Below the pieces are notes generated by a model, which had not been told where the DNA came from, did no database searches, and worked only from the letters and a program-made list of their open reading frames with translations. Below are positions 29,397 to 39,283 of a stretch of DNA of 64,000 nucleotides, one piece after another. Origin of the DNA: Candidatus Eiseniibacteriota bacterium (lineage in GTDB: Bacteria; Eisenbacteria; RBG-16-71-46); the NCBI GenBank assembly GCA_038231135.1, contig JBBRLX010000002.1, positions 64,001 through 128,000 on the forward strand, read 5' to 3'. Every line of letters begins with the position of its first letter. Position 1 is the stretch's first letter. A program made the position numbers and the translations under genes.

Positions 29397-32178
29397 CGAG
29401 CTGCAACCTCCATTGGGCGCCGGGGCCGTAGTTCGACGGGTCGTCGACCGTGCCGGTCCGGACGAAATCATTGAGGCCGTTGACGTGGTTCGGATCGAAG
29501 GCGCCCTTGCCCCATACGTAACCCTGGCCGGTGACCGGATCCACCCGGTAGATCAGATGGGCGTTGAAGATGTTGGTGCCCTGGACACTCAGGTCGAACC
29601 GGCGGCTCATCAGCTGGAAGTAGTGATTCAGCTTGAGGTCCGTCGTGATCTGGAACGGCGCATTCTGCGAATACGGCAGGCCGATCGGGTTCTGACGCGA
29701 GATGTCGGACGGCGTGTAGGCGCGACCCGACGTGCCCTGCACGAACAGGTTGAGGCCGGTCTGCTTGAGGAAGCCGAATCCGTGCGGGGCTTCCTTGTCG
29801 TACCGCACGTCGAAGTTCGCGGACACCTTGTGCGGCCGGTTCCAGCTCACGAACACCTCGGACAGGCGGGTCTCCGAGCTGCCGCCGATCTCCTGCAGCG
29901 CCCGCTCCTCGTTCGGATTGCTGCTCTTGCCCTTGGTCTGCTGGTACGAATACGACAGCTTCGCCGACCAGTGGTTCGAGCGCCGCTTCTCGACCTCGAC
30001 CTCGAGCCCCTTGGATCGCGAGAAGTGCCCGTTGAGATAGATGAAGTACGACTGGATGTTCGTGCCGCTGAGCGGGTCGACGCGGGTCGCGCTGGGATAG
30101 TCGTAGACGTCACGCACGAAGAACGTGAGATTCACCGCCGCGGTCGGCAGGAACTGGTGTTTGGCGCCGACCTCGTAGTTCACCGAGATCTGCGGGTTCA
30201 GGTTCGGGTTGCCCTGCAGCGGGAACGACTCGCTCGAGATCGAGTTGAGCTTCGAATAGACGTAGCGGTACGACGGGATCTGGGTGAACTGCCCGTAGTT
30301 GAAGAAGAAGCTGCTGTTCTCGGTGATCGGATGCGACACGATCACGCGCGGCGACACGTGGACCTTCGTGCGCCGGCCGAACAGCGACTGGGTCTCGCTG
30401 TAGAAGCCGTTGCGCTCCTCGGCGGCGATGTTGTGGCGCGCGGTGTCGGCGAGCGCCGCCTCGGCTTCGCGCCCGATCACCCAGTAGTCGGCGCGCACGC
30501 CGACGTTGGCGACGAAGCCCTCGTACTCCAGCCGGTCGCGCAGGAACAGGTCGCCGATCCACGGGTGCGCGATCCACAGGTCGTGCGACTGCCCGAGCCC
30601 GTTCTTGTCGAAGATCCACGGATACTCGATGTCGAGGTACTGGACGGTCTGGAACTGGTGCTCGATGCCGAACTCGACCTCGTTGTGGTGCATGCGCTGG
30701 GTGAGGTTCCAGTTGAGTCCCCAGCTCGTCGTGCGACGGTCCGCCCACTGATAGTTGTCGCCGGTGTCGTTGAAATAGTCGTTCCGGCGCGGATCGCCGA
30801 CGGGGAAGCTGCGATCGTCGGGTTCGACGAAGTCCTGCCACATCTTGCCGCCGACGTCCTGGCGCTGGGCGTAGAAGTACCGCGAGATCTGGGCTTCGGT
30901 GTAGCCGGTGGTCGACAGCGTGCGCCGCCACTGCAGCTCCGACGTGACGTTGTCCTCGAAGAACGTGGCGGCGTGGTCGATGCGGTGCGCCCACTGCCAC
31001 GGGTACGCGGGGTCGCCGAGATCGCCCTGCGCCGAGAGGAACGTGCGGCTGAAGCCCTGGTCGATCGCGATGCGCTTCGAGTACGAGTAGTTGAGCTTGT
31101 CGGTGTCGTTGGGTTTCCACTGCAAGCCATAGCGGCCGGCCCAGCGGTTGTCCTGCGACGGCGACCAGTAGTCGGGGTAGGTGAACTTGTGGCCGAAGAA
31201 CGAGTCCTCGTAGCTGGACTTGAGCCGCGGATGCAGATAGGGCGGCAGCAGCGTGCGATCGAGCAGGCTCGCGTTCTTGTCGTTGAGGTAGCTGAACCGG
31301 GTCTCGAACAACGATCCCGACACGTCGAGAATCGTCGAGAACGAACCGGGCAGATGGATGCCGACGCGGTTCAGGAGCGGTGTCCACAGCGGATCGGGGC
31401 CGCTGGTGACGAGCTGCCACGCCCGCCCGCCGTAGCTGCCCGACGATGTCGTGAGGCCGAGCTGGAACTTGTCGGTGCCGTCCTTGAGCTTGATCTCGAC
31501 CACGCCGGACAGCGCGTTGCCGTAGCGCACGTCGTAGGCGCCGGTGGCAACGTTGACCTCGGACACCGAGCGCGCGTTGAGCTGGCCCGCCGTGGACTGG
31601 CCGGTGACGAGATCGCGGTTCGCGACGCCGTTCACGACGAACACCGTCTCGTCGGCGCGGCCGCCGCGGATGTGGATCTGCTCCGCGTCGGTGCTGACGC
31701 CGGCCTGCTGCTGCAGCACGTCGCCCACCGTGGTGACCGCCAGGTTGCGGATGTCGTTCGCGGTGACGCTGCGGAGCGTGGCGCCCTGCTTCACCTCGAC
31801 GAGACGCCGCTCGGCCGTGACCTCGACGGTCTTCTCCTCGCGCACAATGATGTCCTCGAGCTGGAAGTTCACCGGGATCGGCTTGCCGGCGGTGACCACG
31901 ACTCCCGGCTGCGAGCCGGGCTTGTAGCCGAGGAACTGGACGCGCACTTCATAGGTGCCGACCGGCACGCCCGTCACGAGGTAGTCGCCCTCGGAGCTCG
32001 TGAGCCCGCCCCGCTGGGCGCCGACCACCGTCACGGTAGCGAACGGAATCGCGTGGCCGGTCTTCTTGTCGGTCACCCGGCCCGAAACGCTGCCCTTGTC
32101 CTGGGCGAGCGCCGGCAGGGCGAACGCCAGGAACACGAGGGTGATGAAGAGTCGGCTCACGTAACCAAGTCTGGGCAT
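29383..32178 (-). CDS. TonB-dependent receptor with N-terminal carboxypeptidase-regulatory-like domain
   Basis: GSVSGRVTDKKTG, plug motif IHIRGGRADE...YGNALSGVV, GNPNLNPQ...YEVG, terminal Phe. Confidence 0.92.
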   Translation of the reverse strand: MPRLGYVSRLFITLVFLAFALPALAQDKGSVSGRVTDKKTGHAIPFATVTVVGAQRGGLTSSEGDYLVTGVPVGTYEVRVQFLGYKPGSQPGVVVTAGKPIPVNFQLEDIIVREEKTVEVTAERRLVEVKQGATLRSVTANDIRNLAVTTVGDVLQQQAGVSTDAEQIHIRGGRADETVFVVNGVANRDLVTGQSTAGQLNARSVSEVNVATGAYDVRYGNALSGVVEIKLKDGTDKFQLGLTTSSGSYGGRAWQLVTSGPDPLWTPLLNRVGIHLPGSFSTILDVSGSLFETRFSYLNDKNASLLDRTLLPPYLHPRLKSSYEDSFFGHKFTYPDYWSPSQDNRWAGRYGLQWKPNDTDKLNYSYSKRIAIDQGFSRTFLSAQGDLGDPAYPWQWAHRIDHAATFFEDNVTSELQWRRTLSTTGYTEAQISRYFYAQRQDVGGKMWQDFVEPDDRSFPVGDPRRNDYFNDTGDNYQWADRRTTSWGLNWNLTQRMHHNEVEFGIEHQFQTVQYLDIEYPWIFDKNGLGQSHDLWIAHPWIGDLFLRDRLEYEGFVANVGVRADYWVIGREAEAALADTARHNIAAEERNGFYSETQSLFGRRTKVHVSPRVIVSHPITENSSFFFNYGQFTQIPSYRYVYSKLNSISSESFPLQGNPNLNPQISVNYEVGAKHQFLPTAAVNLTFFVRDVYDYPSATRVDPLSGTNIQSYFIYLNGHFSRSKGLEVEVEKRRSNHWSAKLSYSYQQTKGKSSNPNEERALQEIGGSSETRLSEVFVSWNRPHKVSANFDVRYDKEAPHGFGFLKQTGLNLFVQGTSGRAYTPSDISRQNPIGLPYSQNAPFQITTDLKLNHYFQLMSRRFDLSVQGTNIFNAHLIYRVDPVTGQGYVWGKGAFDPNHVNGLNDFVRTGTVDDPSNYGPGAQWRLQLDVDF

Positions 32179-32329
32179 TTGGGTAGTTCGGGTGGGCGCT
32201 CGGAAAGGAAGCTTGAACGTATCAGAACATCGAACCGCTTCAAAGGGACTTAGTGTCAGATTCACAGCGGGTTCGGACGGCGGGGCCGGGTCAAAAGCGG
32301 GCGGGGCCCGACACGCGGAAACCGCCGGG

Positions 32330-33403
32330 TCAATAACTCGCCCGCCGGTCGTAATCGTCGGGGTACTCCTCCATGAACACCCGGTCGATCTCGAGGTTCA
32401 CCTCGCGCAGCAAACGGGCCTTCTGCGCGTAGGGCAGGAACGAGCTCTTGAAACCGTTGAGGATGATCCGCTTGAGCTCGTAGGGGCTCAGGTGGAACGC
32501 CCGCGCCGCCAGCCCGAGTTCCTTGCTCACCGTGGTGGCCGACATCAGCCGGTTGTCGGTGTTGAGCGTCACCCGGAGGCCGAGCTTGTTGTACTGGCGA
32601 AACGGATGGCTCTTGAGCGTGCTCACCACGCGCGTCTGGACGTTCGACGTCAGGCACACCTCGAGCGGGATGCGGTGGTCGTTGACGAACCCCATCAGGT
32701 CCGGATCCTCGATCAGCCGCGTGCCGTGCCCGATGCGGTGCGCGCCACAGTAGTGCAGCGCCTGCGCGATGCTCGCCGGCCCGAACGCCTCGCCGCCGTG
32801 GACCGTGGAGTTCACGTTGTTCAGGATGATGATCTGGAACGCCCGGCGATGAGCCTTGGCGGGATAGTCCTTCTCCTGGCCGGCGAGATCGAAGCCCAGC
32901 ACACCCTTGTGCTTGTACTCGACGGCCAGCTCGGCGAGCTGCACCGATTTGCGCGGGTCCATCGAGCGGATGCCGCAGATGATGACGCCGGTGGACACGC
33001 CGTACTTGGCGCCCGCGTCCTTGAGGCCCGCGATCACGGTCTCGACGATCACGTCATAGGGCAGTTTCTTGCGCCGGTGCAGGATCGGCGAGTACCGCAC
33101 CTCGAGGTGCCGCACGCGCTCGGCCGCGGCGTCCTCGACCAGCTCCCACGCGATGCGATACAGCGCATCGCGCTCCTGCATCACGCTCAGCGTGTAGTCG
33201 AAGATCGCGAGGTAGTCGGCGAGATTGCGGGTGCGCTTGCCGGCTTCGAGGATGCGCGTGAGCTTGGGCAGGTTGCGGGTCGGCAGCTTCACGCCCTGGG
33301 CGTCGGCGAGCTCGAGCACGGTGCGCGGCCTGAGGCAGCCGTCGAGATGACAGTGCAGATCGGTCTTCGGCAGCTTCTCGATGACGTGCTGGGTCAGGCG
33401 CAT
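32330..33403 (-). CDS. add: Adenosine deaminase
   Basis: LPKTDLHCHLDG, GFDLAG, TVHGGE, RIGHG, EVCLTSN, NTDN. Confidence 0.93.
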   Translation of the reverse strand: MRLTQHVIEKLPKTDLHCHLDGCLRPRTVLELADAQGVKLPTRNLPKLTRILEAGKRTRNLADYLAIFDYTLSVMQERDALYRIAWELVEDAAAERVRHLEVRYSPILHRRKKLPYDVIVETVIAGLKDAGAKYGVSTGVIICGIRSMDPRKSVQLAELAVEYKHKGVLGFDLAGQEKDYPAKAHRRAFQIIILNNVNSTVHGGEAFGPASIAQALHYCGAHRIGHGTRLIEDPDLMGFVNDHRIPLEVCLTSNVQTRVVSTLKSHPFRQYNKLGLRVTLNTDNRLMSATTVSKELGLAARAFHLSPYELKRIILNGFKSSFLPYAQKARLLREVNLEIDRVFMEEYPDDYDRRASY

Positions 33404-33460
33404 GTGGACTCCGGGGTCACGCGGGGACGCGCATGCGGCGCGCGGCGGGACGACCGGGCG

Positions 33461-34030
33461 TCACCGCGCACTGCGTTCCAGCGCCATGATCTTCTGCACC
33501 CGCCGCTCGTGGCGTCCGCCACCGAACGGCGTCGCCAGGAACAGCCGGGTCATGCGGCTCGCGAGCCCGCGATTCACGACCTTGGCGCCGAGCGCCATGA
33601 GGTTGGCGTCGTTGTGCTCGCGGGCGTTGAGCACCGTCGCGGCGTCGTGGCACAGGGCGCAGCGCACGCCTGAGATCTTGTTGGCCGCCATCGTGGACCC
33701 GATCCCGGCCGCGTCGATCACGATGCCGCGGGCGCAGCGGCCGCTCGCGACTGCGCGCGCCACCGCCGCCGCATAGTCGGGATAGTCGACGGCATCGGTC
33801 CCGGAATGGGTGCCGCAGTCCTCGAGCGTCCAGCCGAGTTCCTCAGTTACGTAGCGCTTCAACAATTCCTTGAGCGCGTAGCCGCCGTGATCGGAGCCGA
33901 TCGCCAGGCGTCGTGCGGCCTGGGCCCCCGGGGCAGGCGGGTTCGCCGCCGGGCGCGGGTCCGCCGCGAGCGCGCGTTCCACCGCCTCCCGTACCAGCTT
34001 CCGCACCTTCGTCTCGTCGACCTCCGCCAT
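33461..34030 (-). CDS. rpiB: RpiB/LacA/LacB-family sugar-phosphate isomerase with N-terminal extension
   Basis: IGSDHGG, VDYPDY, GIGSTMAANK, AREHNDAN, FGGGRHERRV; start at MAEVDE. Confidence 0.88.
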   Translation of the reverse strand: MAEVDETKVRKLVREAVERALAADPRPAANPPAPGAQAARRLAIGSDHGGYALKELLKRYVTEELGWTLEDCGTHSGTDAVDYPDYAAAVARAVASGRCARGIVIDAAGIGSTMAANKISGVRCALCHDAATVLNAREHNDANLMALGAKVVNRGLASRMTRLFLATPFGGGRHERRVQKIMALERSAR

Positions 34031-34163
34031 GGCGCGCGAGTGTAGGAAGCGGGTCCGGCGATGGTCAAGCGCGCGCGGCGCTTTTGGTTGAGGAACCCCG
34101 CCGGCTCGCCTAAGCTCAGCCACTCTCCCCGACCTGGTTCTGGTACCCCTGCGAGGTTCAGCC

Positions 34164-35546
34164 TTGAAATTTCGCCCGTTGCCCGCCCGTTTCGTCGCCG
34201 GCGCCTCGCTGGTTCTGCTCCCGTTGCTGGCGGGAATCGCCGCCGCCGCCGACACCGCGGGCCCCCAGCGGCTGTCCGACGGCACCACGGTCGAGTCGTG
34301 GGCGCTACCCAATGGCATCCAGGTGGTGGCACGCGACGTTCCCGGCGCAGCCGGCGTGGCGCTGACCCTGGCCTACGGCCTCGGCACCGAACAGGATCCG
34401 GCCGGGCGCGAGGGCTGGACGCAGTTGCTCGCCCACGTCGATTTCCTGAGCGCCGCCGGCGAGTTTCCCGAGCGCTCGCTCGACGCCATGGGTTCGATCC
34501 GCCCGCTGGGCTGGCGCATCGAGGTTGGCCGCCGCTACACGCGCCTGACCGAAGTCGGCGGCCTCTCCCAGTTCCCCGGCATGCTCCATCAGATGGCGCA
34601 ACGGGTGAAGTCGCCGGCGCCGAGTGCGAAGGTGCTGGCCGAGGCCCGCAAGGCGGTCCAGGCGCAGCTCGCCACCAATTATCGCGACCGGGTGGCATTC
34701 GCGCTCTTTTACAACGTGCGCGAGACGAACGCGAGCGCCGCGCGCTACGCGACCGGCAAGGGCATCGAGGGTGCGAGCCTGCGGGAGGTCCAGGACGCGA
34801 TCCGGTCGTGGTACGTGCCCGCCAACGCCGTGCTCAGCCTGGCGGGGGACCTGCGCGGCACCGGCGTCGACCTGCGGCGGCTGATCGCGAACGAGTTCGG
34901 CGTGCTCGCACCGGGGTCGCGCGCGACGTTCCCGCCACCCGTGCCTCCCGCGCCCGGCATCCACACGGGAATCCGAACGGACCTGGACGAGCCGGCGGGC
35001 GTGATCGGCATCATCGCTCCGGCGCTGTCGGACACCTCGCATCCTTCGTTCTTCGTGAATGCGATGGTGGTGGGTTCCCTGCTCACCGCGCGCTGGGGCC
35101 GGAGCGACGCGTTCCCGGCCCGGTTCCAGTATTCGCTGCTCGACGATCCCGATCTGGTGCGCCTCTATCCGCCCGTCACTCCCAGCGACCTCGATTCGAC
35201 ACGCATCCGCGAAGAGTACGGGGAGGGCCTGCTCGATCTGGCGAAATCGACGATGACGTTCGACCAGTTCAGCACGCTGCACGACGGCGTGGTGTGGCTG
35301 CTCGGTGGACCGTTGCCCCCCGAACTCGCCCGGCGCGCCGCGACCGATTCCGGCGTGCTCGCGACGCTCAGCACCACCGCGGCGATGCGCGTCCTGTGGG
35401 GCGGCGACGCGTTCTGGACCGCATACCGGAACCGGTACCTCGCGATCGACCGGCCGGCGTTCGCCCGCTGGGCCGACTACTTCCGCGACTCCCGGCACCA
35501 GGCGCAATTCATCTTCGTCCCGGACTACCTGACGAAGAAGCCGTAG
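34164..35546 (+). CDS. Secreted M16 (insulinase)-fold protein, probably non-catalytic
   Basis: Signal peptide; LPNGIQVV, G..DPAGREG, WYVPANAVLSLAGD; HxxEH position reads QLLAH. Confidence 0.75.
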   Translation: MKFRPLPARFVAGASLVLLPLLAGIAAAADTAGPQRLSDGTTVESWALPNGIQVVARDVPGAAGVALTLAYGLGTEQDPAGREGWTQLLAHVDFLSAAGEFPERSLDAMGSIRPLGWRIEVGRRYTRLTEVGGLSQFPGMLHQMAQRVKSPAPSAKVLAEARKAVQAQLATNYRDRVAFALFYNVRETNASAARYATGKGIEGASLREVQDAIRSWYVPANAVLSLAGDLRGTGVDLRRLIANEFGVLAPGSRATFPPPVPPAPGIHTGIRTDLDEPAGVIGIIAPALSDTSHPSFFVNAMVVGSLLTARWGRSDAFPARFQYSLLDDPDLVRLYPPVTPSDLDSTRIREEYGEGLLDLAKSTMTFDQFSTLHDGVVWLLGGPLPPELARRAATDSGVLATLSTTAAMRVLWGGDAFWTAYRNRYLAIDRPAFARWADYFRDSRHQAQFIFVPDYLTKKP

Positions 35547-35622
35547 CGCGGACGCCGGGCGTCCGACGATCGCCGTGCGGCGCGTTGCCCCGAGCCGAAC
35601 GCGATGCTACGTTGCGACACGC

Positions 35623-36276
35623 ATGTCTCGGCGCATCCTCATCGGAATCGCGGGCGGATCCGGCTCGGGGAAGACGCTCGTCGCGCGGACCATCGTGCGC
35701 GAGCTCGGCTCCGACCGCGTCGTCGTCATCGATCAGGATTCCTACTACAAGAACCTCGAGGACGTGCCGTTCCGCGACCGTGAATCGCGGAACTTCGACC
35801 ATCCCGACGCGTTCGACAACGACCTGCTCAAGCGCCACATCCGGGACCTGCTCGACGGCCACCCGATCGAGCAGCCGATCTACGACTACTCCGATCACCG
35901 CCGGCTGCCCGAGACCCGCCTGGTCGGCGAGCACCTGGTGATCGTGCTCGAAGGCATCCTGATCTACGTCGATCCCGAGCTGCGAGCACTGATGGACATC
36001 AAGCTGTTCATCGACGCCGACCCCGACGTGCGGTTCATCCGCCGCCTGCGCCGCGACCTGACCGAGCGCGGCCGGTCGGTCGACAGCATCGTGCGCCAGT
36101 ACGAAGAGAGCGTGCGCCCGATGCACCTGCAGTTCGTGGACCCCACCAAGCGCCACGCCGACCTGATCGTGCCCGAGGGCGGCCACAACACCGTCGCGAT
36201 CGACCTGGTGAAGTCGAAGATCCGGGAATTGCTGAGGGAACGCGGGGTGGCGCCGATTCCGGCGGCGGGGCGCTAA
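35623..36276 (+). CDS. udk: Uridine kinase
   Basis: IGIAGGSGSGKT, QDSYY, NFDHPDAFD, RRLRRDLTERGR, ADLIVPEG. Confidence 0.95.
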   Translation: MSRRILIGIAGGSGSGKTLVARTIVRELGSDRVVVIDQDSYYKNLEDVPFRDRESRNFDHPDAFDNDLLKRHIRDLLDGHPIEQPIYDYSDHRRLPETRLVGEHLVIVLEGILIYVDPELRALMDIKLFIDADPDVRFIRRLRRDLTERGRSVDSIVRQYEESVRPMHLQFVDPTKRHADLIVPEGGHNTVAIDLVKSKIRELLRERGVAPIPAAGR

Positions 36277-36280
36277 ACCC

Positions 36281-38341
36281 CTACCGTCCCATCGCCATCG
36301 CTGTTCGCGGCACGTTGCGTCTTCGCGGCCGGCGACGTTCCGCCGACAGCAGGTGCCAGACGCGCAACACCTCCGCCACCGACCACGCCTGGGCGAAGCA
36401 GCCGCGCGGCGTGTGGGGCGGGTCGCCGTCGGCGATCTCGGGCAGCGAGCCCACGCCCGACTGGGCGATCAACTGCGCCATCGGCTCGAGGAACGCGAGC
36501 GCCCGGTCGCGGTCGCCATGGACGCGCTCGTGCGCGATCGCGAACGACGGCAGCAGCCACGTCCAGACCGTGCCCTGATGGTACGCGGCATCGCGCTGGC
36601 GCGGATCGCCGGCATAGGTTCCGACATAACCCGGATCCGCAGGCGACAGGCTGCGCAGACCGTGCGAGGTCAGCAGGTGCCGCCCGCACACGTCGACGAC
36701 GGCGCGGCGCTGCGCGGCGTTCAGCGGGCTGTCGGGCAGGGATACGGCGAAGATCTGGTTGGGACGGATGCGCGCGTCGTCGCCGCCGGGGCCGTCGAGC
36801 ACGTCGTAGAGACAGCCGGAGCCGGCATTCCAGAATCGCGCGAACGACCCTTCAACCCGTCGCGCGCGCGCAACGTGCCGCGCTCCGTCGTGTCCCAGCC
36901 GCCGCGCGAACGCGGCCATCGCGATGGCCGCGCCGTACCACAGCGCGTTCACCTCGACGCACTTGCCCTCGCGCGGGGTCACGGGAACGCCATCGACACG
37001 GGCGTCCATCCATGTGAGCGCCACGCCGCCGCCACCGTTCTTCAGCAAGCCGTCGTGGGCGTCGACGCCGATGTTCCACCGGGTGCCGCGCTCGCAGGCG
37101 GCGATGATGCCCTCGAGCACCGGGAACGCCTCGGCGAGGAACGCGGCGTCGCCGGTCGCGTCGAAGTGGGCGCGCACCGCATGGATCAGCCACAGCGCCG
37201 CGTCCACCGTGTTGAACTCCGGCGCGTCGCCGCGCTCGGGGAACGTGTTCGGCAGCATGCCGTCGCTCACGAGCCGCAGCCACGTCGCGAGGATCGCGCG
37301 CCCCACCTCGGGACGGCCGGTCGCGAGCGTCAGGCCGGGCAGCGCGATCATCGTGTCGCGGCCCCAGTCGGCGAACCACGGATAGCCGGCGATCACCGAG
37401 TGGCCGCCCGGGTCGAACACGCTCGAGCGCTCGACGACGAACGCGTCGGCCGCGAGCACCAGCCGGCGCACCCACGGCGGCGCCAGCCGCGACGCGGTGG
37501 GCTGCGCGCGCTTCCACGCGTCGAGCACGCTCTTCTCGTGCGCGCGCCGGCGGGTCAGCGCGGCGATCCGCGCGAGCGGCGCAGTCTCCGCGGCGCCGGC
37601 ATCGCGGCGCGTGCTCGCGACCAGCGTGAACGTCTCGCCCGGCTTGAGCCGCGTCACGACCTGGCCCACGTACACATGGTCCTCGCTCGCGTCGAACCCG
37701 CGCTCGGCTTCGAGCGGCAGCGCGTACCCGCGATACCACTCCGCAGCCGGCCGGAATTCCGCGTTCACGCCGAGCAGCCACAGCGGCGTCGCGCCGTCCG
37801 TCACCTCGACCCGGATGCCGCCCGCCGCGGGCTCCACCCGCGGAACACCCACGCCGCGGCGCGTCGCGCCGTGCACGTCGCGATGATCCACGATCGGCTC
37901 GAGCGTGAGGCGCACGGGCTCGGGAGCGGTGACGAGCCGGTACTGGATGCACGTGGTGTTCTCGCCCTGCTCCATCCAGATGCGCTTCTCCAGCCGCACG
38001 TCGCCGATCGCCCAGGTCCAGACCGGCACCGTGTCCTCGAGCCGGAACGCTTCGAGGTTGAGGTAGCCGGCGGGCGTCACGGCGCCGCTGGCCCACACGT
38101 TGGTGTCGAGTGCCACGGAGCGGTCCTGCCAGTCGATCCGCTCCCCCAACTTGGCCAGCATGAGCGTGCGACCGAGTGGCGGATGGAGGGCCGCGACCAG
38201 CAGGCCGTGGTAGCGGCGCGAGATGGCGCCCGTCACCGCACCCGCGGAATAGCCGCCGATGCCGTTGGCGACGAACCATTCGAGGCGGCCCGCGCGGGCG
38301 GGATCCCCGAGCGCGTCACGGCCAAACGCGAGATCGGTCAT
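36281..38341 (-). CDS. Glycogen debranching enzyme (amylo-alpha-1,6-glucosidase)
   Basis: EWFVANGIGGY, RRYHGLL, IAGYPWFADWGRDTMI, LTWMDA, YHQGTVW, QAWSVAE. Confidence 0.92.
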   Translation of the reverse strand: MTDLAFGRDALGDPARAGRLEWFVANGIGGYSAGAVTGAISRRYHGLLVAALHPPLGRTLMLAKLGERIDWQDRSVALDTNVWASGAVTPAGYLNLEAFRLEDTVPVWTWAIGDVRLEKRIWMEQGENTTCIQYRLVTAPEPVRLTLEPIVDHRDVHGATRRGVGVPRVEPAAGGIRVEVTDGATPLWLLGVNAEFRPAAEWYRGYALPLEAERGFDASEDHVYVGQVVTRLKPGETFTLVASTRRDAGAAETAPLARIAALTRRRAHEKSVLDAWKRAQPTASRLAPPWVRRLVLAADAFVVERSSVFDPGGHSVIAGYPWFADWGRDTMIALPGLTLATGRPEVGRAILATWLRLVSDGMLPNTFPERGDAPEFNTVDAALWLIHAVRAHFDATGDAAFLAEAFPVLEGIIAACERGTRWNIGVDAHDGLLKNGGGGVALTWMDARVDGVPVTPREGKCVEVNALWYGAAIAMAAFARRLGHDGARHVARARRVEGSFARFWNAGSGCLYDVLDGPGGDDARIRPNQIFAVSLPDSPLNAAQRRAVVDVCGRHLLTSHGLRSLSPADPGYVGTYAGDPRQRDAAYHQGTVWTWLLPSFAIAHERVHGDRDRALAFLEPMAQLIAQSGVGSLPEIADGDPPHTPRGCFAQAWSVAEVLRVWHLLSAERRRPRRRNVPRTAMAMGR

Positions 38342-38485
38342 GGGCCTCAAGTCCTCCCTGGAATGCGGCGGCGAATCGTCGGCGCCTGAACAGCCTGACG
38401 GTGGATTCGAGCCATAGTAGCGCAGCCGGCGGCCGCCCGTCAGCACTCGTTGACACTCGTGAAGGGCTGGGGATAGCGTGCGGAC

Positions 38486-39283
38486 ATGAGCGAACCCACG
38501 CCACCCTACGCCGGCACCGGCTGGATCGAAGTCATCGTCGGCAGCATGTACAGCGGCAAGACCGAGGAGCTGATCCGCCGGCTGCGGCGCGCGCAGATCG
38601 CCCGCCAGCGCGTGGAGATCTTCAAGCCCGCGATCGACGACCGCTACGCGCGCGACCAGATCGTGTCGCACAGCGAGCTGCGGATCCCGTCGCGCACCGT
38701 GAAGACGGCGAAGGACGTGCTGCGCCACGCGCACGAGGCCCAGGTGATCGGCATCGACGAGGGCCAGTTCCTGGGCCCCGGGCTCGTCGCCGTATGCCAG
38801 CGACTCGCGAGCAGCGGCAAGCGCGTGATCGTGGCGGGCCTCGACCAGGACTACATGGGCCGGCCGTTCGACCCGATGCCGCAACTGCTCGCGATCGCCG
38901 AGTACATCACGAAGACGCTGGCGATCTGCATGGTGTGCGGCGCGCCGGCGAACCGCACGTATCGCAAGGTGAAACGTGGCGGCCGCGTGGTGGTGGGCGG
39001 CACCGAGCTGTACGAGGCCCGCTGCCGGCGCTGCTACGAGCTCGGCGCCCGCGCCAAGGCGCCCGCGCTCGATGCGCCGTCGCCGCCTGTATCCCGCAGC
39101 CGGCCGCTCGCCGCGGCGCCGCGTTCGCGGCGGCCGGCGCGCGGCCGCCCCACTCGCAGTACCGGCACCGCAGCTTCGCCCCGACGCTCCTCCGGAGGTA
39201 CCGCCCGTGTCCCGACGCAGACTGATCCTCGCCGCGGCGCAGCTCGCACTGGTGTGCGCGCTGCTTCCGGGTTGCGCTCCTAA
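38486..39283 (+). CDS. tdk: Thymidine kinase (TK1-like) with low-complexity C-terminal tail
   Basis: [32 protein letters not shown] and YEARCRRC Zn motifs. Confidence 0.93.
   Translation: MSEPTPPYAGTGWIEVIVGSMYSGKTEELIRRLRRAQIARQRVEIFKPAIDDRYARDQIVSHSELRIPSRTVKTAKDVLRHAHEAQVIGIDEGQFLGPGLVAVCQRLASSGKRVIVAGLDQDYMGRPFDPMPQLLAIAEYITKTLAICMVCGAPANRTYRKVKRGGRVVVGGTELYEARCRRCYELGARAKAPALDAPSPPVSRSRPLAAAPRSRRPARGRPTRSTGTAASPRRSSGGTARVPTQTDPRRGAARTGVRAASGLRS

Noticed and set aside
29230..32253. 1007-aa + strand ORF antisense to the TonB receptor (and similar ones at 21402, 36353, 54032)
   Set aside because: Antisense shadows of well-supported genes
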